Below, piece by piece: positions 17,961 through 29,083 of a DNA stretch of 64,000 bases; the first letter of the stretch is position 1, and every line of letters begins with the position of its first letter. Position numbers and translations under genes: made by a program. The notes below the pieces were generated by a model that made no database searches, was not told the origin of the DNA, and worked only from the letters and a program-made list of their open reading frames with translations. Source of the DNA: Nitrospiraceae bacterium (GTDB lineage: Bacteria; Nitrospirota; Nitrospiria; Nitrospirales; Nitrospiraceae); the NCBI GenBank assembly GCA_050246315.1, contig JBFWWG010000001.1, forward strand, positions 192,001-256,000, in the 5' to 3' direction.

Positions 17961-19595
17961 CTACGCGCTCTTGAATCGGCTCAGCTTCGCGAACAGAATC
18001 GCCGAGACGGGGAGGGCGACGCTGATCACGAGTTGCGCGATCAGCAGCAGGCCGAGGTCGCTGTAGTCCGCCGGGGTCTGGACCATCCCTGTTGCAGGAT
18101 CGCGCATCTCGCGGGTGATCACAAAGACTTGATTGAGATACTTCGTGCCGAGCTGGCTCAACGACAAGGCCAGATTCGTGAAGGACGCCATGACTGCAAA
18201 GAAGGTCGCTTTCAAATTCGCAGGAGCTGAATTGGCGATCCAGGCCAGCATCGGAATCATCGAGATCTGGCCCAGCGGGGATTCGAGCGCCGTGTCCACC
18301 AGGGCGATGAACCGCGCGTTCACCACGCCGCCGGTCATGCGCGCGGTCCATTCGTGGAGGCCGTAATACATGCTCACGATCGGCACCGAGAGCACGAGGC
18401 CCATGAGGGTCAAGAAGCCGATCACGTAGACGATCGACCGCTCCGCCATGAACCGGCGAAACAGAAACAGCCCGGCCAAGGTCAGGCTGCTGCCGATCAG
18501 CGAGAGGACCGACAGAAATTCCTGGTCGAACTTCAGCTCATCGATCATCCACCAGGTCTGGCCCGGACCTGGACCGGGCACGGCCCGGAACATGAAGATC
18601 ACCGCCGCGGTCCCGACGAGTGTGGCCCGTGCAGCAGGTTCCAACTCGCTCGTCAACCGGACCAGGAGGAATCCCACGATGCCGAGCGACCCGGCGAACA
18701 CGATCTCCGCGTTGTAGGCAAACCCTCCGAGTCCGACCGTCAGCGTGAACAGGACGAACAGGAGGCTGCCGCCGAGAATCCACCAGTTGGGTCTCGTCGC
18801 CTCGCCATCCTCGCCATGAACGTTCGTCATCGCCTGAATCTGTTCCGCACTGTACCCTTGGGCACGCAATCGGCGCCGATCGCGCCGTTTGATCAGGGCC
18901 GCAACGGCGATCCCCAGCACCGAGACCATCGGGATGATGAGCGCCATCAGGTAGACCTGTTGATAGATGCCGACGACCTCGCTTTGTGGACGCCCTTCGA
19001 CGCCGCTAAAGAGATACAGGTTGATCAGCGCCACGAGCACGCCGCCGCCGATAATGGCCACCCGTCCCAACGTTTGCATCGTCGTATGCATGAGCTTGCG
19101 AGTCCGGTCGTCGAATGGCAGTCCTCGCTCGTCCACCCGAGGGACTGCCTCGACCGTCATGGCGTCGGCCACGGTGTCTTGGATCACGTACCCAATCGGC
19201 GCGAGCAGGACGCTCAAGACGTACCAGGCTTCGGCGGACATGATGGCCGTCATCTCGTCCCGATGGCCGATCAAGGCCGCCATGATCGAGAGGCTCGACG
19301 TGAGCAATCCGGCCCCTACGCAAATCAGCCAACTCTTCCACCGCCAGAGCAGGTCCACGAGATGGCCGATGGGCATTTTCAACGCCCAGGGGATACCGGC
19401 CCAAAAGCCCAGCGCGGCGAGAAACGCCGCGGAGAGGCCGAGATACTCCTTCACGAAAAAGGTGCCGACGATGCCGGTCAATCCTGAAATGCCGTAGGCC
19501 ATATAGACCATGAGCGGCGGCAGATAGGAAAGGCGCATCTCGCGCCCCAGTTCCATGATGTTGCGGTCGATCCAGCGAAAGAGGGAGGTGAGCAT
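17961..19595 (-). CDS. BT1/folate-biopterin-type MFS transporter
   Basis: IPWALKMPIGHLVD, DTVADAMTVE and ATFFAVMASFTNL; about 12 TM helices. Confidence 0.8.
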   Translation of the reverse strand: MLTSLFRWIDRNIMELGREMRLSYLPPLMVYMAYGISGLTGIVGTFFVKEYLGLSAAFLAALGFWAGIPWALKMPIGHLVDLLWRWKSWLICVGAGLLTSSLSIMAALIGHRDEMTAIMSAEAWYVLSVLLAPIGYVIQDTVADAMTVEAVPRVDERGLPFDDRTRKLMHTTMQTLGRVAIIGGGVLVALINLYLFSGVEGRPQSEVVGIYQQVYLMALIIPMVSVLGIAVAALIKRRDRRRLRAQGYSAEQIQAMTNVHGEDGEATRPNWWILGGSLLFVLFTLTVGLGGFAYNAEIVFAGSLGIVGFLLVRLTSELEPAARATLVGTAAVIFMFRAVPGPGPGQTWWMIDELKFDQEFLSVLSLIGSSLTLAGLFLFRRFMAERSIVYVIGFLTLMGLVLSVPIVSMYYGLHEWTARMTGGVVNARFIALVDTALESPLGQISMIPMLAWIANSAPANLKATFFAVMASFTNLALSLSQLGTKYLNQVFVITREMRDPATGMVQTPADYSDLGLLLIAQLVISVALPVSAILFAKLSRFKSA

Positions 19596-19607
19596 GAAGG
19601 GGCAGGG

Positions 19608-20486
19608 CTAGAAACTGACCGGTTCGTGGCGCCGCTCGATCAGGTTGCGAAGGTGTCGCTGCAACTTCTCAGCGGGCAAGTGAACGCGATGGCCGTGGCC
19701 GGCCAACACCCACTCGAAGCGAATGTCGGCAAGCTTGACAAGGGAGGCACGCAAGCGGTCCTGATCCCACACCAACTGCCGCGGCGCATCGAGTGCCTGC
19801 GTCGCAGGGTCCCACCACAGGTGGTCCCCCGTGAAGAGGAAGCGATTCTTGTATGACAGCGCCTGACTCCCAGGCGTATGGCCAGGCACATGGATGATCT
19901 CAAAATCAGGAGAGACGCGGACACGATCATGCACATCCACGATCCATTCCGCATCGGGCATCGCGCCCGCATCGGCTCGGTGGATAATCCGGGTCGATCC
20001 GAAGTGCGCAGCATAGGCGGCGGCATCGGCAACATCGTCCTCATGCGTGAGGAAGACGAATCGGATTCCACCCATTCGATCGAAGGCCTCGACCAGATGC
20101 TTGACATAGCGCGGCGAATCGATCAGCCAGTTGCCTTCGGCATGCGCCACGAAGTAACTATTTGCGCCGAATGATTGTGCCGAATGAAATCCGCAATAGT
20201 ACACGTCGCCTTCGAGATGGAGGGGGAAACTCGCCTTGGCCTCCCGCAAGACCTCCTTGTCGCTGTGTTGCGTGCCGATCGACCCGGTCGGGCAGGCGAG
20301 CAGGGCTTGATAGGCCCGGAACGTTTGGGCCTCTCCCTCCGGCTGCCGTACGACCGAGGAAAAGTCGCCGACCTCTTCGAAGCTGTCAGGGGCCAATTGC
20401 CGGCAGGTGTCGCAATTGATGCAGGTCGCATCGACGAAGAAATGTCCTTCGACGTTGGTGGTCAATCGTTTGCGCTCATCCGCCAT
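19608..20486 (-). CDS. Ferredoxin-fused MBL-fold metallohydrolase
   Basis: CINCDTC...CPTGSI, then THEDD, PGHTPG, FTGDH and AGHG. Confidence 0.85.
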   Translation of the reverse strand: MADERKRLTTNVEGHFFVDATCINCDTCRQLAPDSFEEVGDFSSVVRQPEGEAQTFRAYQALLACPTGSIGTQHSDKEVLREAKASFPLHLEGDVYYCGFHSAQSFGANSYFVAHAEGNWLIDSPRYVKHLVEAFDRMGGIRFVFLTHEDDVADAAAYAAHFGSTRIIHRADAGAMPDAEWIVDVHDRVRVSPDFEIIHVPGHTPGSQALSYKNRFLFTGDHLWWDPATQALDAPRQLVWDQDRLRASLVKLADIRFEWVLAGHGHRVHLPAEKLQRHLRNLIERRHEPVSF

Positions 20487-20490
20487 GACA

Positions 20491-21369
20491 TCAGCCGCCT
20501 GTCGCGCCTCGCTCCGTGTCGAAACAGATTCTCAGATCCGCTTCAGGTAGTGCAAGACCGAAATGATCTGCCAGCACCGATCGATAGGTCTCCAGAGTTT
20601 TGACCGCTTCGGTCTGGCCATGGCCGTTATGTCGAATCTTGAGCGCACGATTCTGCAGAATGATCCGCCCGTTCGGCGTGGGCTTTGTGCACAATCGCTT
20701 CTGGGTGAACAGCGAGTCCGGCGAATGAGAGTGAAAGTAATTGGCAAAGGCGTAGTCTACCGGCAAATAGGATTCCGTCGTGAACGAGTACATCGGCTCC
20801 CAGGCGTCCTTGACCAGACAGTCGATTCGATATTCCTGCCGATCTTCTTGTCGGGATTCTCCTCCCGACGCTTGTCGATCTCTCCCCCGAGCTTCGCGTT
20901 GCCCCTGAGTTTCCCCAACACTCATCACTCGGAACCGGTCCGCATATTGCCGCTCCTCGTGACCGGCGGCCAGTGGAACAGCGGCGATCAATCCATTACC
21001 GCCGAACCCGACATCCGCAATCCACCGCTCGCCCGCCGACTCGACCAGCAGCACGCGATGACTGAGCGGGCTGACCTCCGTGTGCCCCCACAGAACCCTG
21101 GCCATCAGGTGGCGCACGGAAAACCCGATCCGTTCCAACAAGAGGGCGAAGAGTCCGTTCAATTCGAAACAGTAGCCACCTCGTCGACGATGCACGATTT
21201 TGTCGAATAGCGACGAAGGATCGAGAGAAATGGGATTTCCGAGATGAATGTCGAGATTCTCGAAGGGTACGGCGAACGTGTGGGCCGTATGCAGCTCGCG
21301 AAGACTCTCGGGCGTGGCCTCTTGCGTCCCTTGATAACCGATGCGATCGAGATAGGCCGCCACGTCCAT
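20491..21369 (-). CDS. Arylamine N-acetyltransferase
   Basis: YLDRIG, VPFENLD, RRGGYCFELN (catalytic Cys), His and ADVGFG. Confidence 0.9.
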   Translation of the reverse strand: MDVAAYLDRIGYQGTQEATPESLRELHTAHTFAVPFENLDIHLGNPISLDPSSLFDKIVHRRRGGYCFELNGLFALLLERIGFSVRHLMARVLWGHTEVSPLSHRVLLVESAGERWIADVGFGGNGLIAAVPLAAGHEERQYADRFRVMSVGETQGQREARGRDRQASGGESRQEDRQEYRIDCLVKDAWEPMYSFTTESYLPVDYAFANYFHSHSPDSLFTQKRLCTKPTPNGRIILQNRALKIRHNGHGQTEAVKTLETYRSVLADHFGLALPEADLRICFDTERGATGG

Positions 21370-21395
21370 CGTTACGTCACCCGCCCTCCCGATAT

Positions 21396-22376
21396 CTATG
21401 CTCCAACCGCAACTCCGACTGTCGGCCGGCTGTGGCCCGCCTTTGGATGCCGCGCGAGCGGATAGTTGCGCTCGCGCCAGGCGTCGAGGCCCCCTTCCAA
21501 CGGTCGCACCTGATGGATCCCATTGCGTTTGAGCCTCAGCGCCGTGCGGGCGCTGCTGACCTCGTTCGGGCAGGAGCAATAGAGGATCACCTCCCGGTCT
21601 CGCGGAATCTCGTGGTGCCGCCTGTCGATATCCTCCAACGTAATATGGATGGCTCCCGGGATCATGTCAGGATCAGCCTGCACCTCCCGCGCGTGCCGGA
21701 CGTCGATGACCGCCAGCGGTTCCCCTGCATCCAACCTGGCCTTCAGTTCCTCGACGGACATCTTGGCCATCCGAAGCTGTCCCAGGAATCGCCGGCGCTG
21801 GATGAATTTATAGCTCACATAGGCGAGCAGCCCCAGGAGGATGATCGGGACGGCACGACTCCCGACGTCTCCCAAGGACGCGATGAGCATTTCCAATTGA
21901 TCACTGAACAGATGGCCCGCCCCGACGCACAACCCGGCCCAGATGAGCGCGCCGGCCAGATCGTAGGTAAGAAATCTTGTCAGGCCCATGCCGAAGATGC
22001 CTGCCATGGGCGGCGCCACCGTGCTGAGACCCGGAACAAACTTCGCCACCAGGAGAGCACGTGTACCGTGCAGGAAAAACAGATTCTCGGTCTTGCGCAC
22101 GCAGGAGTCCGGTTCGAGGGAAATTCGGCAGAGCCAGCCGAGCACGCGCCCTCCACGTACGCGGCCCAACCAATACCAGATGATGTCCGGAGGCAGGGAT
22201 GCGGCGACCGGGAGGAGGAGGGCGGCGGCGAGGGACATCTTTCCCTGGCCGACTAGCGCGCCGGCGGCGACCAGCAGGGGAATGGCGGGAATCGGCAGCC
22301 CGATCTGCTCGAGCAGGACGGTCCAGAAGAGGAGCGACTCCTTGTGCTCGGCGAGAAATTGAACCCCGTTCTCCAC
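21396..22376 (-). CDS. DedA (VTT)-rhodanese fusion membrane protein
   Basis: EQIGLPIP and AKFVPG, followed by IDVR...IPGA...LYCSCPNE...LEGGLDAW. Confidence 0.9.
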   Translation of the reverse strand: MENGVQFLAEHKESLLFWTVLLEQIGLPIPAIPLLVAAGALVGQGKMSLAAALLLPVAASLPPDIIWYWLGRVRGGRVLGWLCRISLEPDSCVRKTENLFFLHGTRALLVAKFVPGLSTVAPPMAGIFGMGLTRFLTYDLAGALIWAGLCVGAGHLFSDQLEMLIASLGDVGSRAVPIILLGLLAYVSYKFIQRRRFLGQLRMAKMSVEELKARLDAGEPLAVIDVRHAREVQADPDMIPGAIHITLEDIDRRHHEIPRDREVILYCSCPNEVSSARTALRLKRNGIHQVRPLEGGLDAWRERNYPLARHPKAGHSRPTVGVAVGA

Positions 22377-22562
22377 GTTCGATCCTTCCGGTGTCTAACC
22401 CGCCTCATTCGTGAACGCTTCTCCTGCAACCGCCCTGAGACACGTGGCCGAGACCCGTTGCACCTTGGAGCGCGAGGGACACTCCACCGCAACGGGCGAA
22501 CCGTCACGAACTCTTGTGAATCAGGCGGGCTAACGGTCGCTGTGCCGGCAACTTGGCGCTGA

Positions 22563-24062
22563 TCACATGCCGGAGCCGGTCCGCTCTTGGCGTGCGACGA
22601 CAGGGCCGGAAGACGTCGAGTCGGCGCGCTCAGCAGGAGATTCCTCCGGCGACCAGCCCCCTCCCAGCGCCTTGTAGAGTTGGACGACGGAAACCAGGTG
22701 CAAGCGATGGGTGCCGGTGAGCGCCAGTTCCGCATCGAACAGATTCCGTTGGGCGATCAGCACGTCGAGATAATTGGCAAGCCCGCCCTTGTACCGCAAG
22801 TTGGCCAAGCGCAAGGCCGAACGGAGCGCTTCCACCTGCTGTGCCTGCGCCTCTCGCTGCTCACGGGCTGTCCTAACTGCGACCAGTGCATCTTCCACTT
22901 CCCTGAACGCCACCAGGATGGACTGCTCATAGCTGGCCAGGGCCTGGCGCGCCTGCGCCTCGGCAGCTTCCTGTTGAAACCCGAGAATCTGCGCGTTGAA
23001 CAGCGGGCCGGCCAGGCTCGGCCCGACCACCCCGAAATCGCTGCCAGCTGTGAAGAGCTTGGACAGTTCAGGATTGGCCACACCCAGCATGCCCGTGAGC
23101 GAGAGCTTGGGGAACCGATCCGCCTTCGCCATGCCGATGCGGGCCGTCGTCGCCGCCAGTTGCTGTTCGGCGACGAGCACATCCGGCCGGCGCTGCAACA
23201 GTTCCGACGGAAGTCCGGGCGGGACGACCGGTGGAATGACCTGTTCCGTCAATGAACGACCGCGCGTGATCTGGCCAGGATTTCTGCCGAGCAGGACACT
23301 GAGCTGATTTTCCTTTTGGACCATCTGGCGCTCGAACTCGGCCGCGCGGGCGGCGGCGTTCGCCCGCTCCGCCTCGAACTGATCGGCGTCCAGCTTGGCG
23401 ATCACCCCTTGACGGAGGCGCGCCTTGGCGATGCGGACCGATTCCTCCCAGGATTGAAGAGTGCGCCTCGCGATATCCAATTGCATGTCGAACTGAAGCA
23501 GGTCGAAGTAGGCTTGCGCCACGCTACTGACCAATTCCAGTACCACCGCTCGCTGATTTTCATTCTTGGAGAGCAAATCTCCGCGCGCGGCTTCGTTGGA
23601 ACGTCGGATACGACCCCAGATGTCCAACTCCCACGATAAGTTGCCCTGGAGATAGTAGTTGAACGGGTTGGGAAACCCCGCGAACTTAAAAGGCGAATTA
23701 CGACCGAACGACGGGGAATTCACGATCCCGTCGAGCTTCGGCGCATAGTCCATCCGGGAAATGAACAGGCGCGACTCGAATTCCTCTACGGTCGCCACCG
23801 CGCGCTTCAAATCCTTGTTTTCCTCCAGCGAGATGCGGATGAGTTTCTGGAGTTCTTCGTCGCGCAACAATTCCCACCAGGGTAGATTGGCGACGGAAGG
23901 ACCCGTTGCTGACGCCTCCATCATGCGAAACTGGTCCATGGTCGTGGCGGAGGGACGGGAATAGTCCGGGCCCACGGCACAGGCGGTCAGAACCAGCGGC
24001 ACCAGTAGCGCAGCGCCGCAGGCTCCATGGCCGGGATGGCCGCGCCTCACACTCCTACGCAT
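22563..24062 (-). CDS. Outer-membrane efflux lipoprotein (NodT/OprM family)
   Basis: Lipobox LTAC, WELDIWGR, LPSELLQRRPDV and LYKALGGGW. Confidence 0.93.
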   Translation of the reverse strand: MRRSVRRGHPGHGACGAALLVPLVLTACAVGPDYSRPSATTMDQFRMMEASATGPSVANLPWWELLRDEELQKLIRISLEENKDLKRAVATVEEFESRLFISRMDYAPKLDGIVNSPSFGRNSPFKFAGFPNPFNYYLQGNLSWELDIWGRIRRSNEAARGDLLSKNENQRAVVLELVSSVAQAYFDLLQFDMQLDIARRTLQSWEESVRIAKARLRQGVIAKLDADQFEAERANAAARAAEFERQMVQKENQLSVLLGRNPGQITRGRSLTEQVIPPVVPPGLPSELLQRRPDVLVAEQQLAATTARIGMAKADRFPKLSLTGMLGVANPELSKLFTAGSDFGVVGPSLAGPLFNAQILGFQQEAAEAQARQALASYEQSILVAFREVEDALVAVRTAREQREAQAQQVEALRSALRLANLRYKGGLANYLDVLIAQRNLFDAELALTGTHRLHLVSVVQLYKALGGGWSPEESPAERADSTSSGPVVARQERTGSGM

Positions 24063-27000
24063 GTTGGTATTCCTCCTCCTCAGCTTCAGCCGGAGCCGGC
24101 AACACCTCTGGCGGCTGACGTTTGCGCCCGGTCAATCGATGACTGAGCTTCTGGATCAATACGAAAAACAGCGGCACGAAGAAAATGGCGAGAAAGGTGG
24201 CGGCCAGCATGCCGCCGAACACGCCGGTTCCGATGGAATGGCGACTGGCGGCGCCGGCCCCGCTCGCAAACACCAGCGGGACCACACCCAAAATAAAGGC
24301 CACGGACGTCATGATGATCGGGCGAAAGCGCAGCCTGGCGGCCTCCAGGGCAGCCTCCCAGGGAGACATGCCGGCCTCAACCCGGTGATTGGCGAACTCG
24401 ACGATCAAAATGGCATTCTTGGCCGAGAGACCGATCAAGGTAATGAGCCCGATCTGGAAGTAGATGTCGTTGGCCTGCCCGCTCACCCACACGGCGGTCA
24501 TCGCACCGAACACGCCGAACGGCACCGCCAGGATCACGGCAAACGGCACCGACCAGCTCTCGTACTGGGCGGCCAGCACCAAGAACACCATGAGCAAACC
24601 GAACGCGAACGCAAAGACCGACTCCGATCCTGCCTTGTGTTCCTGATAGGAGATGCCGCTCCAATCGATTCCATAGCCCTGCGGCACCAACACCTCCTGC
24701 GCCACGCGTTCGAGCGCCTCCAGCGCCTGCCCGGAACTGAACCCCGGCGCGGCGATTCCCAAAACCAAGGCCGTGTTGAAGCCGTTGAAGTGGGTCACAG
24801 GGTCGGGTCCGCTGGTATACTCGGCGGTCACCACCGTATCCAACGGAATCATCCTCGACCCTTGGGACCCTAGAGCCCGGACATAGATTTTGCTGATGTC
24901 CTCCGGCGTCGAGCGATAGTGGGCGTCGGCTTCCGTCTGCACTCGGTACACCCGACCGAACTTCACGAAATCGTTGATGTACAGGTTCCCGAAGAAGGCC
25001 TGCATCGTATCGAACACTTCCGAGATCGGCACACCCAGCGACTTGGCCCGTTCCCGATTGATCTTGGCATTCAGCCGTGGGGCGCTGACGCGGAAGCTCG
25101 TCCCGATGGCCCCGATTCCCGGCGTCTGTCTGGCCTTTTGGATGAAGGCTTGGGTCACATCTGCAAATTTGTTGAAGTCCCCACCGCTCGGATCCTGCAC
25201 TTGCAACGAGAATCCGCCGGTGGCGCCGAGCCCACGGATCGGCGGTGCGTTGAAGGCCAGAATCAAGGCCTCAGGAATTTTGGCGAATTCGCCGTAGGCG
25301 GCGCCGATCAGCGCCTTCACATGTTGGTGCGGCGCTTCTCGCTTGTCCCAATGATGCAAGGGCAAGAACATCGTGGCGGCATTGGCGCCTCGGGTGTTGA
25401 ACACGAAGTTCTGGCCCGACAGGGCATCGGTGGAATGGATCGACGGATTGCCCAGAAAATACCGTTCAATTTTTTCGAGCACGGCATCCGTCCGTTGTTT
25501 CGAGGCGCCGTCCGGCAGTTGGACGACCGTGATGAAATAGCCCTGATCCTCCTCCGGGAGAAAACTGCTCGGGATCATCCGGAAGATTCCGACGGCCGCC
25601 ACCACCAGCATGGCGAAGATGGCGACCGCCAACGCCGACCGCTTCATCACCACCCCCACGACCTTCGTATAGCGGTCGCGCGTCCAGTCGAAGACCCGGT
25701 TAAACCGGGAGAAGAATCCACGCGGCGGCCGGTGCTCCGACTTCAGCACCAACGCGCATAACGCCGGACTCAGCGTGAGCGCGACGAATCCGGAAATGAC
25801 CACCGCGATGGCGATCGTGATTGCAAACTGCTTATACAGTTCTCCCGTGATGCCGCCGAGGAACCCCACCGGGACAAAGACGGCGCAGAGTACGAGGACA
25901 ATGGCAATCACGGGACCCGTCACCTCGGTCATCGCCTTCATTGCCGCCTCCTTGGGCGGCAGCCTTCCTTCGCGCATGTGCCGCTCGACGTTCTCCACGA
26001 CCACGATCGCGTCGTCCACCACGATGCCGATCACGAGGACCATTCCAAAGAGGGTCAACGTGTTGATCGAGAACCCCAGGGCTTGCAACCCGATGAAGGC
26101 ACCGATCAGCGAGACCGGCACCGCCACGGCCGGGATCAGCGTCGCGCGCCAGGTTTGGAGAAACACGTAGACGACCAGGATCACCAGGATCATGGCCTCG
26201 CCGAGCGTCTTGACGACCTCCTTGATGGAGACCTCAATAAACTTCGTTGTGTCATACGGAATGTCATACGACACTCCGGAGGGAAAGCTCTTGGCCACGG
26301 ACGCCATTTCGTCGCGGATATGCTTCACGGTCTCCAGTGCGTTGGCGCCAGGCGAGAGGAAGGTGAGCAAAAACACGTTGGGCTTGCCGTTCCAGCGGCC
26401 TTCGAGCGCATAGGATTGCGCGCCCAGCTCGATTCTGGCGACGTCCTTCAAGCGGATCATCGATCCATTGGGTAGGGCTCGGACAATCATCTCCTCAAAG
26501 TCCCTGACTTCGGTGAGCCGTCCCTGCGTGATGACCGGGATGGTCAGCTCGGTGCCCTTCAGCGCCGGCTCGCGCCCGATCACCCCGGCCGGAAAATCCC
26601 GATTCTGTTCTCGGACCACATTGGCGATGTCGGTCGGCGTCAGATTGAGCTGGGCCATCCGGACCGGGTCGAGAATCAAGCGCATCGAATAGTTCGCGCT
26701 GCCGAACACGATCGCATCGCCCACGCCCTTTAACCGTTTCAGATTGTCGATCACTCGGAGAATGGCGTAGTTGGACAGGTAGATGGTGTCATGGGTGGGA
26801 TCGGTGGAGCTGAGTGCCACCACGGCCAACAAATCTGGTGAAACCTTCTTCACGGAGATGCCCTGCCGGACCACTTCCGGCGGCAATTGCGGCTCCGCAA
26901 GTTTCTGCCGATTTTGTGTCTGGACCTGCGCGATGTCCACGTCGGTGCCGATCTCGAACGTGAGCTTGATCGTCATGTGGCCGTCGTTGGTGCTGGTCGA

Positions 27001-27240
27001 ATCGTAATAGAGCAGGTTGTCGATACCGGGCAACTGCACTTCGATCGGGCGCGCCACCGAATCGGCCACGACCTCCGCGCTGGCGCCGGGATAGTCGGCA
27101 TCGATCTGCACGACCGGCGGTGTGATCTCCGGAAACTGCGCGACCGGCAGGGCGTGCAAAGCCACCAGGCCGATCACGACAATGATGATCGACAGGACGG
27201 ATGCGAAGATCGGACGCTGAATGAAGAAATGCGACGTCAT
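24055..27240 (-). CDS. RND efflux permease (HAE1, AcrB/MexB-like)
   Basis: [35 protein letters not shown] and RFRPIIMTS. Confidence 0.95.
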   Translation of the reverse strand: MTSHFFIQRPIFASVLSIIIVVIGLVALHALPVAQFPEITPPVVQIDADYPGASAEVVADSVARPIEVQLPGIDNLLYYDSTSTNDGHMTIKLTFEIGTDVDIAQVQTQNRQKLAEPQLPPEVVRQGISVKKVSPDLLAVVALSSTDPTHDTIYLSNYAILRVIDNLKRLKGVGDAIVFGSANYSMRLILDPVRMAQLNLTPTDIANVVREQNRDFPAGVIGREPALKGTELTIPVITQGRLTEVRDFEEMIVRALPNGSMIRLKDVARIELGAQSYALEGRWNGKPNVFLLTFLSPGANALETVKHIRDEMASVAKSFPSGVSYDIPYDTTKFIEVSIKEVVKTLGEAMILVILVVYVFLQTWRATLIPAVAVPVSLIGAFIGLQALGFSINTLTLFGMVLVIGIVVDDAIVVVENVERHMREGRLPPKEAAMKAMTEVTGPVIAIVLVLCAVFVPVGFLGGITGELYKQFAITIAIAVVISGFVALTLSPALCALVLKSEHRPPRGFFSRFNRVFDWTRDRYTKVVGVVMKRSALAVAIFAMLVVAAVGIFRMIPSSFLPEEDQGYFITVVQLPDGASKQRTDAVLEKIERYFLGNPSIHSTDALSGQNFVFNTRGANAATMFLPLHHWDKREAPHQHVKALIGAAYGEFAKIPEALILAFNAPPIRGLGATGGFSLQVQDPSGGDFNKFADVTQAFIQKARQTPGIGAIGTSFRVSAPRLNAKINRERAKSLGVPISEVFDTMQAFFGNLYINDFVKFGRVYRVQTEADAHYRSTPEDISKIYVRALGSQGSRMIPLDTVVTAEYTSGPDPVTHFNGFNTALVLGIAAPGFSSGQALEALERVAQEVLVPQGYGIDWSGISYQEHKAGSESVFAFAFGLLMVFLVLAAQYESWSVPFAVILAVPFGVFGAMTAVWVSGQANDIYFQIGLITLIGLSAKNAILIVEFANHRVEAGMSPWEAALEAARLRFRPIIMTSVAFILGVVPLVFASGAGAASRHSIGTGVFGGMLAATFLAIFFVPLFFVLIQKLSHRLTGRKRQPPEVLPAPAEAEEEEYQHA

Positions 27241-27245
27241 GAGGT

Positions 27246-28490
27246 TTACTCTGCCTTCGCGTCGGCCGGGGATTCGGCGGCTGCGTTTGACGGATTCGAT
27301 GGGTGATCGGGCGCCGGAGGCGACTCCACGCTCCCCTCCGCTCCTCCCGCAGGTCGATCGACCGGAACCGGTTTCACCGGCGCTCCGGGCTGAATCCGGT
27401 GGACGCCATCCACGATCACGCGCTCGCCTCCCTTGAGTCCGTCTTCAATCAACCACTGCGTGCCTTGCCAACTGGTCGCCTGGACGGGACGAATTTCCAC
27501 CTTGTCGCCGTCGCCGATGACGAAGACGATCGGTCCCTTTGGCCCCTGTTGAACCGCCCGTTGCGGAACCAATATCGCGGACGGTCTCGTATAGCCCTTG
27601 ACCCGCACCCTGACGAACTGTCCGGGGAGAAGCGCGCCGGTCGGATTGGGAAAGACGAATCGTGCGTCGCGAGATCCCGTGTCCGTTCGCAATCCCACGT
27701 CCAATAGATCCAACGCCCCTTCCTGCGAATAGACGGAGCCGTCGGCGAAAGTAATCACGGCCTTCAGACGATACTGGTCCGGTTGCTCCATCTGCCGAGA
27801 GGCCAACTCGCGGCGCTGTTGGAGGATATAGGCCTCGGGGAGGCTCGCGGTCACATACATCGGATCGATCTGATGGATGACGGTCAGCAAGTCGGTCTGG
27901 GCCGCCACCAGCCGGCCTTCGTACACCTTGGTCCGCTCGATCATGCCGCTGATCGGTGCGATGATGACCGTGTTGTCCAAATCGAACTTGGCCTTAACCA
28001 ACTGTCCCTTCGCGGCCTCCAGCGCGGCCTTGGCCGCCAACTCCTCCGCCACCGCATCGTCCACGTCCTTTTGGCTCACCGCCTGCTCTGCCAACAACGG
28101 CTTGACGCGGGCCAAGTTCTGTTTGGCCTGTACCAACCGCGCTTCCGCCTGCGCGACCGTGGCCTTGGCCGTCAGGACCGCGGCCTCGAACGGGACACGA
28201 TCGATACGATAGAGCTTGGCACCCTGCTTGACACCCCGGCCTTCCCTGAAGAAGCGCTCTTTGATAATCCCCGTGACTTGTGAACGGATCTCGACCGGTC
28301 GCGATGACTCCGACTGCGCCACAAACTCCGGCTCCTCGGCCAGCGACTGTGTCGTCACCGTCGCCACCTGAACCTCGGGTGGCCCGGGAGCCGGCAAAGA
28401 GGCCGCCTCCTGTTTGCAAGCCGCCAGCCCGACCCCGAGGCTGAGCGCCAAGGCCCCGACCTGAATCAACTGGTGAACCGTCTTACCCAT
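27246..28490 (-). CDS. RND membrane fusion protein
   Basis: Lipobox LAAC, VEIRSQVTG, APISG, LLPGQFVRV and GLKGGERVIVDG. Confidence 0.92.
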   Translation of the reverse strand: MGKTVHQLIQVGALALSLGVGLAACKQEAASLPAPGPPEVQVATVTTQSLAEEPEFVAQSESSRPVEIRSQVTGIIKERFFREGRGVKQGAKLYRIDRVPFEAAVLTAKATVAQAEARLVQAKQNLARVKPLLAEQAVSQKDVDDAVAEELAAKAALEAAKGQLVKAKFDLDNTVIIAPISGMIERTKVYEGRLVAAQTDLLTVIHQIDPMYVTASLPEAYILQQRRELASRQMEQPDQYRLKAVITFADGSVYSQEGALDLLDVGLRTDTGSRDARFVFPNPTGALLPGQFVRVRVKGYTRPSAILVPQRAVQQGPKGPIVFVIGDGDKVEIRPVQATSWQGTQWLIEDGLKGGERVIVDGVHRIQPGAPVKPVPVDRPAGGAEGSVESPPAPDHPSNPSNAAAESPADAKAE

Positions 28491-28639
28491 GCCGATCTTC
28501 TCCAAATTAAGAGTCTCTGATGTCTCTTCCGTGCGATCGCTCCAGGCGGCGCGCGTCAATTCTAGCGACGACCTCCGCCGACAACAAGCCTTATCTCGGA
28601 GCTTCCTTCGCACCGGCCGACATGGCCTCGCCACCGATC

Positions 28640-28960
28640 TCAGTGGCACTGCCCTGCCGAACCGATCGATCGGTCCCGCGAGCGATTCCGGCAGGACTCG
28701 GTCACATCGTCGACGATCGCCCTGGTCAGACAGCCTCCCGCACGAAACGTCGCGCCTTGCCGGCAGAGGGAGACCAAGAGCGCCTTACCGCCGGCGTCGA
28801 TATAGGTGGTCTCTCGGAGGTCAATCACAGCGGTCTCCCGATCAGACGGGGCCGTCTGAGACCAGCACTGTTCCAATTCACGCACCCATGGCCCTGCCAG
28901 CTTTCCCGCTAACGCAAACGTCTTGCCTTGCTCGTCCTGTGACACCGTAATTTTCAACAT
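28640..28960 (-). CDS. STAS-domain protein
   Basis: MLKITV...LAGKLAGPWVRELEQCW...IDLRETTYIDAGG. Confidence 0.8.
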   Translation of the reverse strand: MLKITVSQDEQGKTFALAGKLAGPWVRELEQCWSQTAPSDRETAVIDLRETTYIDAGGKALLVSLCRQGATFRAGGCLTRAIVDDVTESCRNRSRDRSIGSAGQCH

Positions 28961-29083
28961 GGATCTTCATCCTCACCGGCGCGGTTCGTCGGGCACAGCA
29001 TCCCATTTCAGTCTATGCAATCCATTTGATTCAGCGAGCAGACCCCGCTTGCGACCCCTCCTTCACGCAAGATCTCACTCTCT

